A program made the position numbers and the translations under genes. Positions 41,268 through 54,619 of a stretch of DNA of 64,000 nucleotides are shown piece by piece. The stretch is from Bilabrum cf. latius (Eukaryota), in contig OZ237762.1 of the NCBI GenBank assembly GCA_965178125.1, positions 434,001 to 498,000 of the forward strand, read 5' to 3'. Within the stretch, counting starts at the first letter, position 1. The number at the start of each line of letters is the position of its first letter. The notes under the pieces are model-generated. The model saw only the letters and a list, made by a program, of their open reading frames with translations, ran no database searches and had not been told where the DNA came from.

Positions 41268-44200
41268 TTAAACGGCAGCGAGTGGCACTGCCACGAGGTC
41301 CTCGCTGGTCTCTTCGGGGTACAATGAAGTTCCCGGGAGCTTCTGTTGCTTGGCAACCCTCTTCCGTCGCTCCGCTTCAGATTCGCTTTTGACAGCGCTC
41401 CCGGTCCCTGCTGCCGTCGCACCCCTACCCGCGTGAAGGCTCGCAGTAGACAAAGCATCAGATTGGGCCGCTGCCTTGCGACCAGCCCCCGAGGTTTGTG
41501 CAAGCTCAGACATGTATTTCTCGGCATACCTTGGGCGAGATTGGGCACTGCTCCCTGCAAGACCTTGTTGAATACGCTCCCGGTCACGCGCAAGCTTCGC
41601 TTCATACTTCTCCTTCTAGTCTTGCATTTGTGCTCGCACGCTGCTCGAAGCCTTCGCAGGGTGTCGCCCGTGTCTTCGGTGAGCAGCTGACTACCGTGAG
41701 CCACTGATGACACCGATGGGTGCCTGACCGTACGCATCATTACCAAACTTCTGCGTGGAAGTGTGTTGGTGTCCTGCGGCGGGCTGGCGTTTTCGCAGTT
41801 GCCCAGCTAGCGACATTCCGCTCTGCTTCATTGGTGAGCTCGTGGTTGTCCGATGGGTCCGCGAGTGACTCGCACCCAGCAACTCCTCAACGGCGCGCTG
41901 CCCTGCCACGCTGCCGAGAGCAAGACTTGGGCCCCGCGCGTTGCTAGATCCTCGTTGAGCTTCCAAAGCAAGTGCGGCCATCTGTGATGCGTGCAGCTGC
42001 CTCCTGCGCTGCTCATGAGCACTCTCGTCAAGACCACGTAGAGTTCCCATTGGGATGTCCGCGTCGGTTCCGCCTGAGTACTACAACTGGGACGTGCGGG
42101 GTGCAAAGAAGGCGGTGCTAACTCCAACTGAAGCATCGCTTTGCACAAGTGGAATTGCTTGCGAACCGAGCTCCATCGCGATCGATTCAGGGCTGGCTGC
42201 ATGCAGCGACTCGGCCGATTTCTGCAGGTCCCAGTTGCGGGGCAACCCACGGCCATCTGGATGATTTGTCAGGGTGTAGTCGCGCGTGTGCCAGTGCACA
42301 CCACGATCTGCACCATGCCTGCCACCGGCCGGAGCAAAACCAATATCACCGTGGCCATCGCCAGCTTGCCCAGCTTGCTTGATCGGGGAGCTCTATGGCT
42401 GCATGCGCTGACTGCCTTGCCCAGCTTTCTTTGCGCGTGTCTGCCTATGCCTTGGGCTGGATCGATACCGTCTTGGCGAATCGCCGATGCTGCAAGCTGA
42501 GGTGGAATTGCCGAGCGCACTAGGACCGCCAGGATACTTTGGGGCCAGCACGTATGCGCCCTGTGCGATAGAGCTAGTTCGTAGACTCGGCTACCTGCTC
42601 GACGCATGCGTTCCGTCAAGAGCAGTAGCGCTGTACTAGCCGGCAGTGCTAGTGCCCGAAGAAGTGTGAAAGCCAACTTCAGCGACCGCTCCACGGTCTC
42701 TCGCAGCTTGGCCAGCCTGCAAGCCCTATTGTGCATCGCACTCCGAAGCACCGGCTTCGCCCCAAGACTAGTCGATCTTGCCATGGGAATACTCAGCAGA
42801 CATTACGACTTCCGCTGGTCTTCGGCCATGAGAGATTGAACCGTTGCCGATCTGCCCAGCAACCGAAACTGGTGCACCAGTTGTCCGGTCTTGTTCCCCG
42901 TGGTCTTGATGAGGTTGCGGCCCGACGGCTGCCTTTCCTTGAGCTGACCGGCCCACACCCTGCCACGCAGTTTCTTGGGCATGCGCTGCTCTCAACTGAC
43001 CGCCGAAGTAATAATCTCTGTCGAACGACTGAGTATTGTCGATACCGGCTTCGTCCGTGGACAGACCATCTCGCTCCCAGCCAGTAGTAGCTCCGAGCCG
43101 TCGACCGGCCGTCTATCGCAGGGAGAGTGCCGTTGGGGACAGGCCTCGCTTCGTCTGCACTCGACTAGTCGATTCACTGTGCTCGACTCTACCCCTGGCA
43201 GTGCTCGGCAAGGATCGAGACAGGGACGGGATTGAGGCGGGGCTGCGCTCCACGAGCCTCCTGCCACGACGGGCGAACGTGCTACCTTTCTGTGGCTTCC
43301 TCGCGCTCTATGACCCTGCCTGCACAATGGTGGAACCAGGCGGCATGACACCAAGTCGCGGGTCTCTTGCGCGAGCCAGTGCCCTCTACTGCCTACCGGG
43401 CCGAGTGCCTGCCGCTCCGTGGTGCCACCCTCCTCCTCGCGATCCTTGCGGAACGCCATCGCGTAGAAGCTTTCGCTGACGTGTTCTACCTATGTCAAGC
43501 CTGGGGACAGCAGGACGCGCCATCGGCGACCCAATTGATGCGAGGCCGAGCCCGACAGGCGATCCACTAGCAGCTTGCGCCTACCGTGCACTGGCCACAG
43601 CGCTGGCAAGCGATCCACTCCCCTAGATTGGTATGCCCTTGCTTCCATGCATATTGCCATTCGTGGGATGATAGTTGCTGCTAGCTGTGTGCGATGGTGC
43701 TCTAACTCCAGTGGAATACGCAGCAGGACCACCTTCTGCTCCAGACTGATGGATCGCTAGTTGACCTGCAGCTGGCTGGTGGGCCTAGGTTGCACGGGGG
43801 TCTACGCCTGGCTACTAGATCTCGGCATTGCCAAATTCGGACCGAACAATCGCGTGCTTGCCTTGGCCTAATACATGGCGGCCCTCGTGGCTGCCTTCAT
43901 CTCCTTGCTAACCATCGATCTAGGTCCTATCAGCTGGCCCACGGGTAGGTTGTCGGGTTTGACCTTGCACGTGCTGGTTATAGTCGTGACCAGACTGTTT
44001 CGAAGGGGTCGTGGCTCTTGATCCGGTCTGTTCAATAGCATACCCGTGACTTTTGTCAGTCTGCCGTTGCGCAGCATCATACTCAGCAGCCTAGTAATCG
44101 CCCCCAGGTGGCTGGTCTGACATCTATCCAGACACATTCTGCCTAGTTGCGCGGTGCATATCGCCAGTAGTGGGCACATCACGCATGTCATTTGCTTGTT

Positions 44201-47200
44201 GCTCGCGCCTGGACACCTTTTCCCATTCCCGAGACGCTGCAGCAACCGCCTTTTGGGCATGTGCGGCGGCCAGCATGAAGGCCGACACGATGGGCTCGCT
44301 CAGCCACACGTTTTCCGCCGGCACCTCGCACCAGTGAGCCGCTCGACCACCAGGCTGATCACTGGGCTGGCCTTGCGCCCCAGCCTCTCGATCGAGGACA
44401 GCCTGAGGCACGCCCGCATGGCGTGCAGCCCGCCCGGTGGCATCGGCTCTCTTGACCTCTCCCTCGGCACTCTAGAGCGCAGAGCCAACTGAAGCAGCGC
44501 GCTGAAGCAACGACGTGTCTCTCTTGAGGGCATAAAGTGTTTCCTTTGCTTCAGCAAGCGAAGAATGAGCCCTACGTTCTTGATCTAGCAGGCTGGCAAC
44601 TCTTCCATCGATGCTTGCAGCTCGTCGTTCCTAGTGCCCAGTTCCCACTGATCCATGTGGTGTTGAGCTGAAGCGGCTTGGTGCAGCCTTTCCAGGCTTA
44701 TCGTTGATTCTTTCAATTGAAGGAGCATGTGCGCCATCCCAGCCCCTCATCGTGCTCCCAGCTTCTCTTGGAGACTTGGAGTGCTCTATGGGACCGGTGG
44801 TCACAGGCGCATCTCTCGCGAGGGTGCCGCGACCGTGCCTGTCTGCAGCATGAGAGGCTGCTGGGGATGAGATCATGCCCGTTGCGTTGTCTTTGCCCGG
44901 GCTACTCAATCTCTTGGTGGTTGCCGCAGCACCAGGTTTGGTCCCACTCTGGCTACCGCTGGTCGATCTGCTAGGAGACATACCATGGGAAGATGAAGAC
45001 TTGACCCGCGACCCTCCCCTTGAGCCAGATCGCGCCCCTCCACGCGACCCAGGTCTGGGCCCATCCCTCGAATACATGCCAATCCTCACCTCCTCGCTCT
45101 CGTCGCCGCCCGCACCACCCGCGCCACCACCAGTGCCGCCCGTGCTATCACTAGTGTCCTACTGCTACTTGTCCTTCTCTCTGTCTTGGGGATCGGAGCC
45201 ACTGGCCCCGGTTCCACCAGAGGCTGCTTTGCGCTTTTCCCTGAGCTTCTATCTCTTCTTGGCAGCTCGTGCAGCCTTCCTCGCCCTCGCCTCCTCCTCT
45301 TCCCTTTTCTGCCTGAGTACCTCAAGCATGTCACCGAGCGAGCCTTTCTGGGCCAAGGCGTGGCCCAGTGCGTCTTCAGGAGTCTCTGCTCCTTCGTGGC
45401 CCCCGCGCGGCGAGACTTGCAGTACACCGACACCCGCTGTGCCGGCTCCAGATGCACCAGCACCTCGCTGCCCGAGCACGGAGCGTGGTGGCGGCTGCGA
45501 AAACGGGTCTCCCGGAGTCTTTTCTCGAGATGGCGGGGGCGGCTAATTCCTCTACTGGATGGCTGCCTGGCGCGCGTTCTCGAGAACGAGATCTCCGATC
45601 GGTATGCTGAGCCTTCTCTCTCTCATGGCGCGCTTTCGAGGCGATTCTTTCTCCACTACCGCCGCGAGTCGGCGCTGCTGGTCCAGTTTCTGCCTGTCTG
45701 CAACTGAGGATGGCCTGCTGGAAGGTGACTTGGACCGTTTGGCGGGCGAATCGCGGCCGTCTGCTCCGCTGACGTTGCCCGCCTCGTGTATGCGATCCAG
45801 CACCTGCTACCCTGCGAATTTCACCTGCCTAAAATCGCAAAGCTGCCTCCCTCTCGCGCCGTACCCATCTTGCATGTCATGGCCGCCGACTGGCTGCTCC
45901 ATCGTCGAATGCAACGGAAGGCCGGAAGCACCAGTGGCACCGGTTGACTGGTCCTGCATGCGGGATAGCCCCAGCCCGCTGTTCCTTCCAAAGTTAAACG
46001 ACTTGCTGTGCCCTATCCCGCCCTTGGTACTCGCAAGACCCCTGGCAGACTTCATCCCGCTGAGCACCGGGGTAGGTAACGGCGAACCTCGTGGAGAGGG
46101 TGATGGCGATCTTCCACCGAACCGAGACCTAGGCGAGGCCCCGAACCTGCTCGACCTACCCCTCGGTGACCCGCCCATGCGCGGCTCAGTGACTCGGTCG
46201 AACAGCAGGTTGAGGAATGCAACATACTCCTCTTCTTCCAATGACTCGCACCAGGTGTCTGCTAGCTGGAAGAGGGAATCAAAGTACTCCTTCTTGGTGA
46301 GCCCCGGCTTGCGGGGACCGGCGTCGCGCAGCCAATCGTCCTCCACGCATTCGAGGGCTTCCTGAAACGTCGCCCGCGGGTGCAAGACCCGGAAGAAAAG
46401 CATCGTGCAACGGACGTACGCCGGCCTGTAGACCTTGACTTCCCCTTGCCATTTCGTTGCAAGCAGCTGCCAGAACTTTCCCACGGCTGCTTGTATCCTG
46501 GCCGAGTCCTTCAGCTGCTGCCTCTTGAGAATATTCTCGACAGAGTATGCGGTGGGGTCGCCCTGATCGACGTAGGCCTTCTTAGGCTGCATGCCAGTGT
46601 GTTCCGTCTCTATGCCCCTGGACTGGGCCATCGTTTTCATCGCATCGATGGCCTTCTGCATGCGCATAGTCTGGCCAACGCCGAAGCTCCACCTCCTCCG
46701 GGCGCGCTGGCGTCTCCCCTCTGCTCCTGGCTTGGGCGTCTCGATCTCGTAGCGTGCCACTCGGTGCGAGTCTGGGCTGGGAGATGACTGCCAGTTGAGC
46801 TCGTGTTGGGTGTGACCCGGAGTGCCTGATCCTTCCATGCCGGGTGGATAGGGAGATTTCGTGTTTAGGGAGGAGCCGATGCTTGGAGGTGCATTGATGT
46901 GCAGTCCACCGGGCGCAAACCCGGCAGCAGAAGCCAAAGACTCCTTTTCTTTCTGTTTCTAGAGCCGCTCAGCTTTGGCTTGTGCTAGCAGTGCCATGTT
47001 TGTAAGGACCTCAGCTTGTGCGACTACTTCGCTATTCGCAGTCCTGCCCCCAGTATGCTCAGCCGCTCCGAAATCGAGCTGCCGTAGATCATCGTCCGTG
47101 ATGCCTTCGTACAAACTCCACCCACCTCGGCTCTCAAGCCCACCTCTACTATATGTCTTGCGAGCCGGCAGTCCTGGGGCTTCCTGTCCCGATCTGCTGC

Positions 47201-47393
47201 CGGAATGGGCTCCAGGAGCCTGGCCTGCGGCCCCTATCTGCCGCGTTGGTGCTTCTCGGCGCGATGAAACTGGCTTTACAGAGGCGGCCTTTCTACCGAG
47301 TTGCACATGACTCATATTATTATCTGCTGAATTTCCAGAGCCAGGGCTGCTTGCACTGGTGAGGGCGCTTGATGAAGCTGCCGGGGCAGGCAT
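41268..47393 (-). CDS. Hypothetical protein, ~2,040 aa, with one EF-hand-like helical domain and long low-complexity/coiled-coil regions
   Basis: ORFs 46959-47393, 45807-46937, 45552-45803, 45249-45479, 44631-45089, 44124-44411, 42768-42995, 42081-42299, 41691-42050 and 41268-41513 share one frame joined by TAGs. A globular segment runs KFWQLL...VEDDWLRD...LTKKEYFDSLFQLADTWCESLEEEEYVAFLNLLFDRV. The first non-TAG stop is TAA at 41268. Confidence 0.75.
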
Positions 47394-47694
47394 CTAAGAC
47401 TGCACGTGCTACCGGGCGCCAGGCCAGGGTGCAATGGCACCGCTGCCGGCCCTAGGACGTGTCTCACTCTCAAATCCGACCGGGAAACCACTTCCCTTAA
47501 TACTGACATCCATTTGTGCGTACTGATGAGTCGCTGGTCCGTTTCGTTGTCTTCTTGTCGAAGCGGTTGCAACCACTGGCCTGAATTTGTGCGACCAAAA
47601 CGCGGTCGCAGCGTGGTAATTCACCCTCCACGTTTTGCGATTAAATTGTTGATTCTGTGCGGTTCATTGTGTGAACTTTTCATCTGGGTGCTTG

Positions 47695-50600
47695 ATGAAG
47701 CGAGGGAGGCTTGCACGGCGCTTGGGGGCCGAGGAGGGTGCAGATTTAACCACAGCGGCTGAGCAGCGCAGATTCCTACGTGAGCATCAGCGTGCGACCC
47801 AAGGTACTAAGGGCTTTGAGAGTAAAAACCCAAAAGCGAATGAAAGCCAAAGGTAGCTGAGGGCGATTCGGAAGGCGGAAGGAACTGGTGCCCCAGGAGC
47901 ATCGCACCACGATGAATCTCCTCGGCAACCTGAGTCCAGCAGATTGACCAGCCTCGAACGATGGCTGCCCCCGGCTATTGACGATAGTACAGATCGATCA
48001 CCGTTGGAGGCGCTTCGGGTTAGATCAGGCAGCTAGACGACAGGTAGCACCTAGCTAGGAGTGGTGCAGGGGACACCTCAAGCTTCGTCAGTTCCCGAAG
48101 ATGTATCGTCATATGCAAATGCTGTGCAACGAAAAGCGTTCGTTTTCTTTGATTGTTGCAGTGCGTGCATGCTTTGTCTGATTGTGGCAATGGCTGCGTC
48201 GGGATGGAACACATTCCATGCATGGGTTAATTGTGCAGATGGTTCGGCTGTCGCCTCCGGTGACGGCTTGTAGACAACACAGCATGGCTCAATTGATCTA
48301 GGCCTTGCTATTTTATCGGCCGGGGTCGCAGTATAGGCGGCTTGGTTCGTTTCTACTGCAGCTTTCTGGGCAGGCGGTTTCGCTGACTGGATAGCCGTGG
48401 CGTGCTGCGTATGCCACGCAAGAGGCTTGTGCGCTGGAGAAACCCACAGCCAAAGGAACACGCAATCACTATGGCTCGACTCTCGATTGGAGTTGGAAAG
48501 CTAGCAGCAGGGACTGGAGCTGCAGGGAAAGCTCAGATCGTAGCCTGCAGGGAACGCACCGCCGGACGAAGTTGTGGCTAGAAGCATTGCCCCGGCCCAG
48601 AGCTTGCAGGGTATTCAAACCACTTCAATGCAGGTTAGGGAACCGCAAGAAATTGCTTTTGAATCTCCAAAAACAGGTCGGTTGCGAAGCTCGAGCCTTG
48701 CCCCAGTACCGGTGCTGAATCTGCTTCGAACGAAGAGCCATAGGCCGCCCACAGTAGGGGTGGAAGAACATCGGGATAATACTGGCACTAGTTCAAATCA
48801 GTTCAAGGACCGTGTGCAGTCTTCGTCCAGGTCTGGCACCAGCCATCGCGATCAGAGAGCCGGTGGGTCAGGCTCCGGCTCTGGCTCGGGCTCCGGCTCT
48901 GGTGCGGTGTTTAGCTCCGGCACCGGATCGGGATACCCGACGACACAGCCAGGCTCTGCGCGGTCCCGCAGCGACAGCTGCGATGCAGCGACGACCAGTA
49001 GGAGGAGCCATTTCCTTCTCAGGAGCAGCCCTGTTGTGCCTTTTGCAAGCGGCACTATGCTGAGGCAATCCATGGTGGCGGGGAAGCAGCTGGCCATCGC
49101 GGAAGCAGTAGCGAAAAAGACACCCAGGTAGTATGCAGCACAAGGATACGGGCTTGGCACGGGCCCCATGGGGCGGCAGGATGACGAGTTGCACCGGAAG
49201 TGGAGGACAGAGCCAGGAGCTCACGACGCCACAGTGTTCGCTGCAGCAGATGCAGGTACCACGTTCGGGCCGCGCAAGCCCCAGCAGCAGTACAGTCCCT
49301 CGGCAGCGTCATCGCGTTCCATACAGCAGCCCTCCGGCTCCTCCGTTACGGCCACACGGTCGTCGCACGTGGCACGAAGGACAATCGGAGGCGACGTCCA
49401 TGATGGCGGTGTGTCGGTGCTACACAGCGGGCAGCAGAACGAAGGCAGCGCCTAGTCTGTCAACATAAGCAGCACGGGTGGCTACCACCAGTAGATGTCT
49501 TTCGATGGAATGGGCGGGGGCAACGATCACAGTTCCAGCAGCATTGCTTTAGCCAGCGACCGGGAGGGCGAGCTGGGAGTGCCGTCACCGTTGCCATCTC
49601 CGCAGCGCCTGGGACCGTCAGGAGGAGCGGGGTCACGGCCAGCTGGATTATTAACGAGGATCAAGCGTTCGTCAATGCGCAGCCTGCAGCTGCCTGACGC
49701 ACCCTTGGGCCGGCAGTTTGGACACCAGAGCGCGGTCTCGGGCAGTGGCAACACGCCCGATGCTATGGCAGGGGGGTAGTCTCCCCCGGTCTAGGCGAAG
49801 GTCCACTCACCGACGGGTACAACCTCATCGTCTGGCCGTGGCGGCACGGGAAGCGCAACAGGCGTTGTCACTGGGTCTTCGGGGGGGTCGCAAGGACAAG
49901 AGGTCCGATGGATGCACGCAAGAGGGGACCCCATCCTCGGGTCTGCCGAGTCTGTCAACCTAGACCACGCAGAATCAGAACGGGGGCGGACTGTCGGTGA
50001 GAGCGATGCATCTGCAAAGCTGCACTGCTGCGTCACAGAAAGCAGGAGCATCGCAAACCAGCAGGGGTCGCTGAGCGGGGGAGCTGGAGTTGCAGCCGGG
50101 GGAGTCGAACTGCCGTCAGTAGATTCGTGTCACGGTAGTAGCATCCTTGGTGGCTAGGATCGTCCTGCTGCTGCCAGCTGCCCGAAGTCAAACTCCCGTG
50201 GCACTGTGTCCTTCGGTCGAGACCTGGGCCTCGTGTCGCCGCAACACAGTGATGGTCGCGAGGTGTCGGGCCAATCTAGCACTAGCAGAGGCACCGACAG
50301 CCATCCAAGCAGGAATCGGTGGGCATCTGAGGACTCGCATTCTGTGATAACTGGCAATTCCCATAGCGATGCGTCGAGAACCGGACATGGCGCTGCATGG
50401 CCACGAGAAGTGTCTGGTGCTTCTTTAGAAAACAATGCTGACCGATCCCGAGATGCTTGTCCGTCAACCGAACCACCAACCGGTAGTCGGCGCCGCAGCA
50501 GGAGCTACAAGCCGGCCAAAGCATCGGCGCTCTCGCGTGCCTTTACGTCTCGGAAGCAGGAATCCAGTGGCACAGGCGCCTGGAGCAGGAGCAGGAGGCA

Positions 50601-53600
50601 GGGGTCAGCAGCGCTTGGGCCCAGAGAGCGAGCTAATGCACTGCCCAGCAAGCCGCAGGCAGCTGGTGCAACTGGCGATAGCCATGGGCAGTACGAGCTT
50701 CGCCGTACGCCGACGGTGGCGATGCGAGCTGCAGGTGCCAGTACTGGCGCTGGTATGCCACGGGCTCTACAGGACCCTGTGGGCGCGCCAGGGCCGAGCG
50801 TAGAGGTGGGCATGGCAAGGCCCATTGCCGTGTCCACTAACGCCCAGTTGTTCGGCTCTTCTAGAATCCGCGAGGTCTCCGTTGAGTCTTCGAGCGCGGA
50901 GTTATCGTCTGCCAGGGGCAGGTCATCCTCGTCTTCTTCTGCGCTGCCTCAGCTGGAAGGTATTCCTGAACTAGGCTCGCACTTTGCCCGGAGCGATCGT
51001 GGATATTTTGAGAGCGTGGGCTGTGAATCGGACGAAACTGGTGCAGCAGTCCAGGTTTGGAGCCCTGGCAGGGGCACGAGGCAAAGCAGGCATAGATTTC
51101 GGAGCCACGGTGGAGCAGCGGTACCGAGTGAGACCTATGGCACCTCCATGGAGGCATCCCTCGCGGAGGTGTCACAGGAAACAACGCAGCAGTCAGGTTT
51201 GAACAGCACAACAAACCGAGGCGACCTGGGTGGAACTGAACCCGCACCCTCTCGTGTTGGGGAGCGAGCAGCGGTGGGCGCGGCGTTTAATTCAGCTACA
51301 CGCAGCACCATGCAAGAGTTCGTTAGGCCTCCGTTCGGTACGCAGGCAAGGTCTTCGCCTGTAGCTGCACTGCACTGCAGGGGTCGACTCGATACAAGGT
51401 AGGAAGATCTGGCGAAAACTGGCAGCATTGAAGTCAGTGCAACAGCAGCCAGCAGTGCCGTGCACGAATGTTCCAATCATCAACGCAAGGATATGCTGTC
51501 CAGCTGCAGCGGCAAGCGAGATGAGCCGGTGGACGAGCACCATTGCACGGCACCGCTGGCCATCGATGCGGACGAGCATCCGGCAGAAGACGCCGGAAGT
51601 GAGGCAATTTGCAGCCCAAGCGCTGCACCCCTGCCAATTTGTACAAGGAACAGAACCACAAGCACCAGTGCAAGCCTTTCCAAGCACGATCGCAGAGTGC
51701 GTCCATCCTTGGATGGCGACAACGAATCCATCGACTACGAATCTGAAGCCGAGGCGGCTTCTAGTTCGGCTGCGTCACATCACGGGAGCCACGGCGCAGG
51801 CCTGCTTCGGCGAGGATCCATGCGTTCGCGCGCGAGCCACGGTTCTGTTGCAGGTGGGCGTGGCTCCACCGTGCATGGATCCGTTGCCAGGGTCGACGAT
51901 ATCAGCGATCTTGTGTCGCTTGCGCACGGCTTGTCGCCAAGCAGCACAACGAAGCTGCTGCAGGCGTCTCCCAGCCGTTAGCAGTATCTTGAGGACGAGA
52001 CGGTCCGCCAGTCTATGAATAGGTCGATGCGAGGTTCACCACCGAAATCTACCCGCATGAACCGGATCGTCGGTGGCATAATTGGTGGTCTTACTCCGCC
52101 CAGCGCTGCCTCGTCAGCAGACGGCATGCTTTTGAAACCAAGCGGAAGCTAGTTCCACTCGAGTAGTAGACCAGCTGATCGGGGGCGAGATGAAAGTCCT
52201 ATAGCAGCTGATTCAAGCCTGCAGCTTTTGCCTCCGATGGAAGACGGTGCAGCTGCGGATGCCGACACCATACTCCCACGGTCCGATGATAGACATGGGC
52301 GCACGTACGGCAACAGCATGATGGCAAGGCATAGCCACAAACAATTTCGTGCTGCACAAGACGTGCCAAGAGATTCTGTGGGCACCCAGTACAGCAAGGG
52401 TGCCCTGGATCTCTTGTCCCCTTCCGCTGGCAGCCGGCCCTCCACTGTCCACCCCAGCCAACCTGACAGCAGACTAACGTCCCCGTCTCATGATCTGATT
52501 GAGGAAGAGCCGGCTGCACAGGTGCCGTCCGTGGCACCTGTGGCCATCATGCGTGAACGTCAACCGGGGGTAGCCGGCTCCAGGCAAGTGCAAGCAAGTC
52601 GGGATGGCCAGGGTGCAGACGGCGGCGATCGTGCCCGAAAGCGCATTTCTGGAGGACGAATGCCAGATCGTTCAGAGCAAGCTGGCCACCTGAAGACGAG
52701 CGCAAGGAGCATGCAATCTAGTCGCCTAGAGACTATTTTTGAGTCGAGCCAACTGGCCCGTGCAGGCCACGAAGCATCTGCTGACGAGCCACCAGCACCC
52801 CTATCGGATGGCCAGCATCCCGAGCGGCGCACTGATGCTGGCGGTTAGGACCCCCGCTCCGAGCTGTGGGTGTGCGGGTGCTGCGGGAGTTGCTGCGAGC
52901 AGGCAGAGCTCATGGCCGGTATTGCTGCAACTCGCGCCATCAGCACCCAGCCCTTGTTCTCCGGAACATCCTGCTGCTCCCAAAGGACAGCGTCTCAAGC
53001 GGGAAGCAGCCGCGGTGGGGCCGTGTATGGCGTATCGACTGGCGATGTGCCGCAAGTTGTAGGTGCCGTTCGACGTCAGACGACCCCGGTTCTATCCACG
53101 AGGCACCTGGTGCACAGCAGGTCCGTCCAGGTGTGCTTCTGGGCCTCTGTGCCGATCCTAGTGATCCTGCAGGTGGTTGCTGTATTCTGGGGGTATGTGC
53201 TGTTCGGCACGTTTGCTCCGTTTTACTTCCGATTTCGGGACACGAATCAGCACAGGTACGGTGACGCTGGTGGCCCGTTTGCTGGCATTGGAATGGGCGA
53301 AGATCTCGGGGAGAACCCCAGCGTTGCCAACGCGATGTGCATTAGCGGCAGCGAGCTGGTGATCGACCTGCGGTTTGCGAAGTACATCCGGTGGGACTGG
53401 CCTGAGGACGAGATGCGGAAGAACTGGCTCTTGTCGGTGATGCTGGACCGAATCGACATGCCAACGCAGTTCTCCTGCCCCAATGCAGCCTTCACTGGCC
53501 TGCACGGGGCGTTGTACCTTGCTCCGATCCTCTCAGGGAACACGTCTTTTGCCACCTGGCCGCAACCGGGAGATGAGTTGTGCCGGCCTGAGCAAGCTTC

Positions 53601-54432
53601 TCGCGGGGGGGGCCCTAGCGAGCAGTGCCTGCGGAACCTCACGCAGGGCGCGGCGCCGGGCATCGTGCCCAACGTCGAACGCCCCGTGAGAGGGTTCGTT
53701 GCTGTCCTCGTCCCACCCGACTCCCAGCTGTCTTGCCCTCACTTCGGCGATGAGGTGGAGAGGCGGCAGCTCCTGGCGACTTCGATCGCCGCGCAGGCAG
53801 GGGTGAGCATAGAGGGGCTCGGCGAAGGCCAGGCAAGACGGATCCAGGGAACAAATAGAGCCAGCGCTCGCCTTCTCAGCCAGTCGGCTGCTGTGTCGCG
53901 GGCGGGGAGCGCCCAGCTGCTTGGATCGGATCAGTTGGTCTACAGGGGCCCGCTGGAGAGCCAGGGGTGGGCCGCGCTCGCGCGTACCGCGGGGCACGTG
54001 CGCGGGGGTGTTTTAGGCTCCGGGTAGATCGGTGCGTCCATTGGAGTCGCAGTGCGAGATGCGATGGCTGGCCTAGTGGCTGAGCTGGAGGAGGCGGGCA
54101 GCCTCGTGGACTTGCCCGCTCCTGCAGCGACCACGCGAGCGAGTCCTGGCATTGCGGAATCCTCGTCCATTTCTGCATCCAGTGAGCGTGAGCATGACAC
54201 GGTCTTTGTCGGCGCGGTCGATCTGTCCACCGCTCGAGTCGTGGCTGTGCATGCTCCTGCTAGCGTGGCGGTGCTCCCCCTGGGAGGGTCGTGGAGCAGC
54301 GGCACGACGGAGTTCTGGATGTGGATTGGTGCGATGCTGTGGTGTGGGCCAACGCTTGTGCTGGTGATGTACCGGGCGATCGGTGTCCTGCTCAACTGGG
54401 CGGGTGTGCCCGGCACGGAGCTATCGCTTTGA
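47695..54432 (+). CDS. Hypothetical membrane protein, ~2,245 aa, about four TM segments with a very long disordered loop
   Basis: Single frame from ATG 47695 through ORFs 48061, 48574, 49168, 49495, 49912, 50206, 51460, 52228, 52870 and 54052, broken only by TAG and ending at TGA. Hydrophobic segments lie near 48140-48210, 48300-48410, 53130-53220 and 54310-54390. Confidence 0.72.
48865..48903 (+). repeat. (GGCTCY)n Gly-Ser coding repeat
   Basis: GGGTCAGGCTCCGGCTCTGGCTCGGGCTCCGGCTCTGGT, encoding GSGSGSGSGSGSG. Confidence 0.7.
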
Positions 54433-54619
54433 TTATATGCTCGTTGTTTTCCCTGTCGCTTCAGATGTCGTGCGAGAACTTCTTGAAGGATCGGATCAAC
54501 AAACCGGAACCACCAATACCAGGAAATTCCAAACGTGCAAAATCAGAAAAGCTCTCAAACATCCAAGAAGTCTGGGTGTATCGACGCCATCAGTAAGAGC
54601 CAAAACTAGTTGATCATTA

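Noticed and set aside
54465-54596. Short ORF MSCENFLKDRINK… ending in TAA
   Set aside because: About 43 codons in a 190-bp spacer with no supporting motif; cannot be distinguished from chance.
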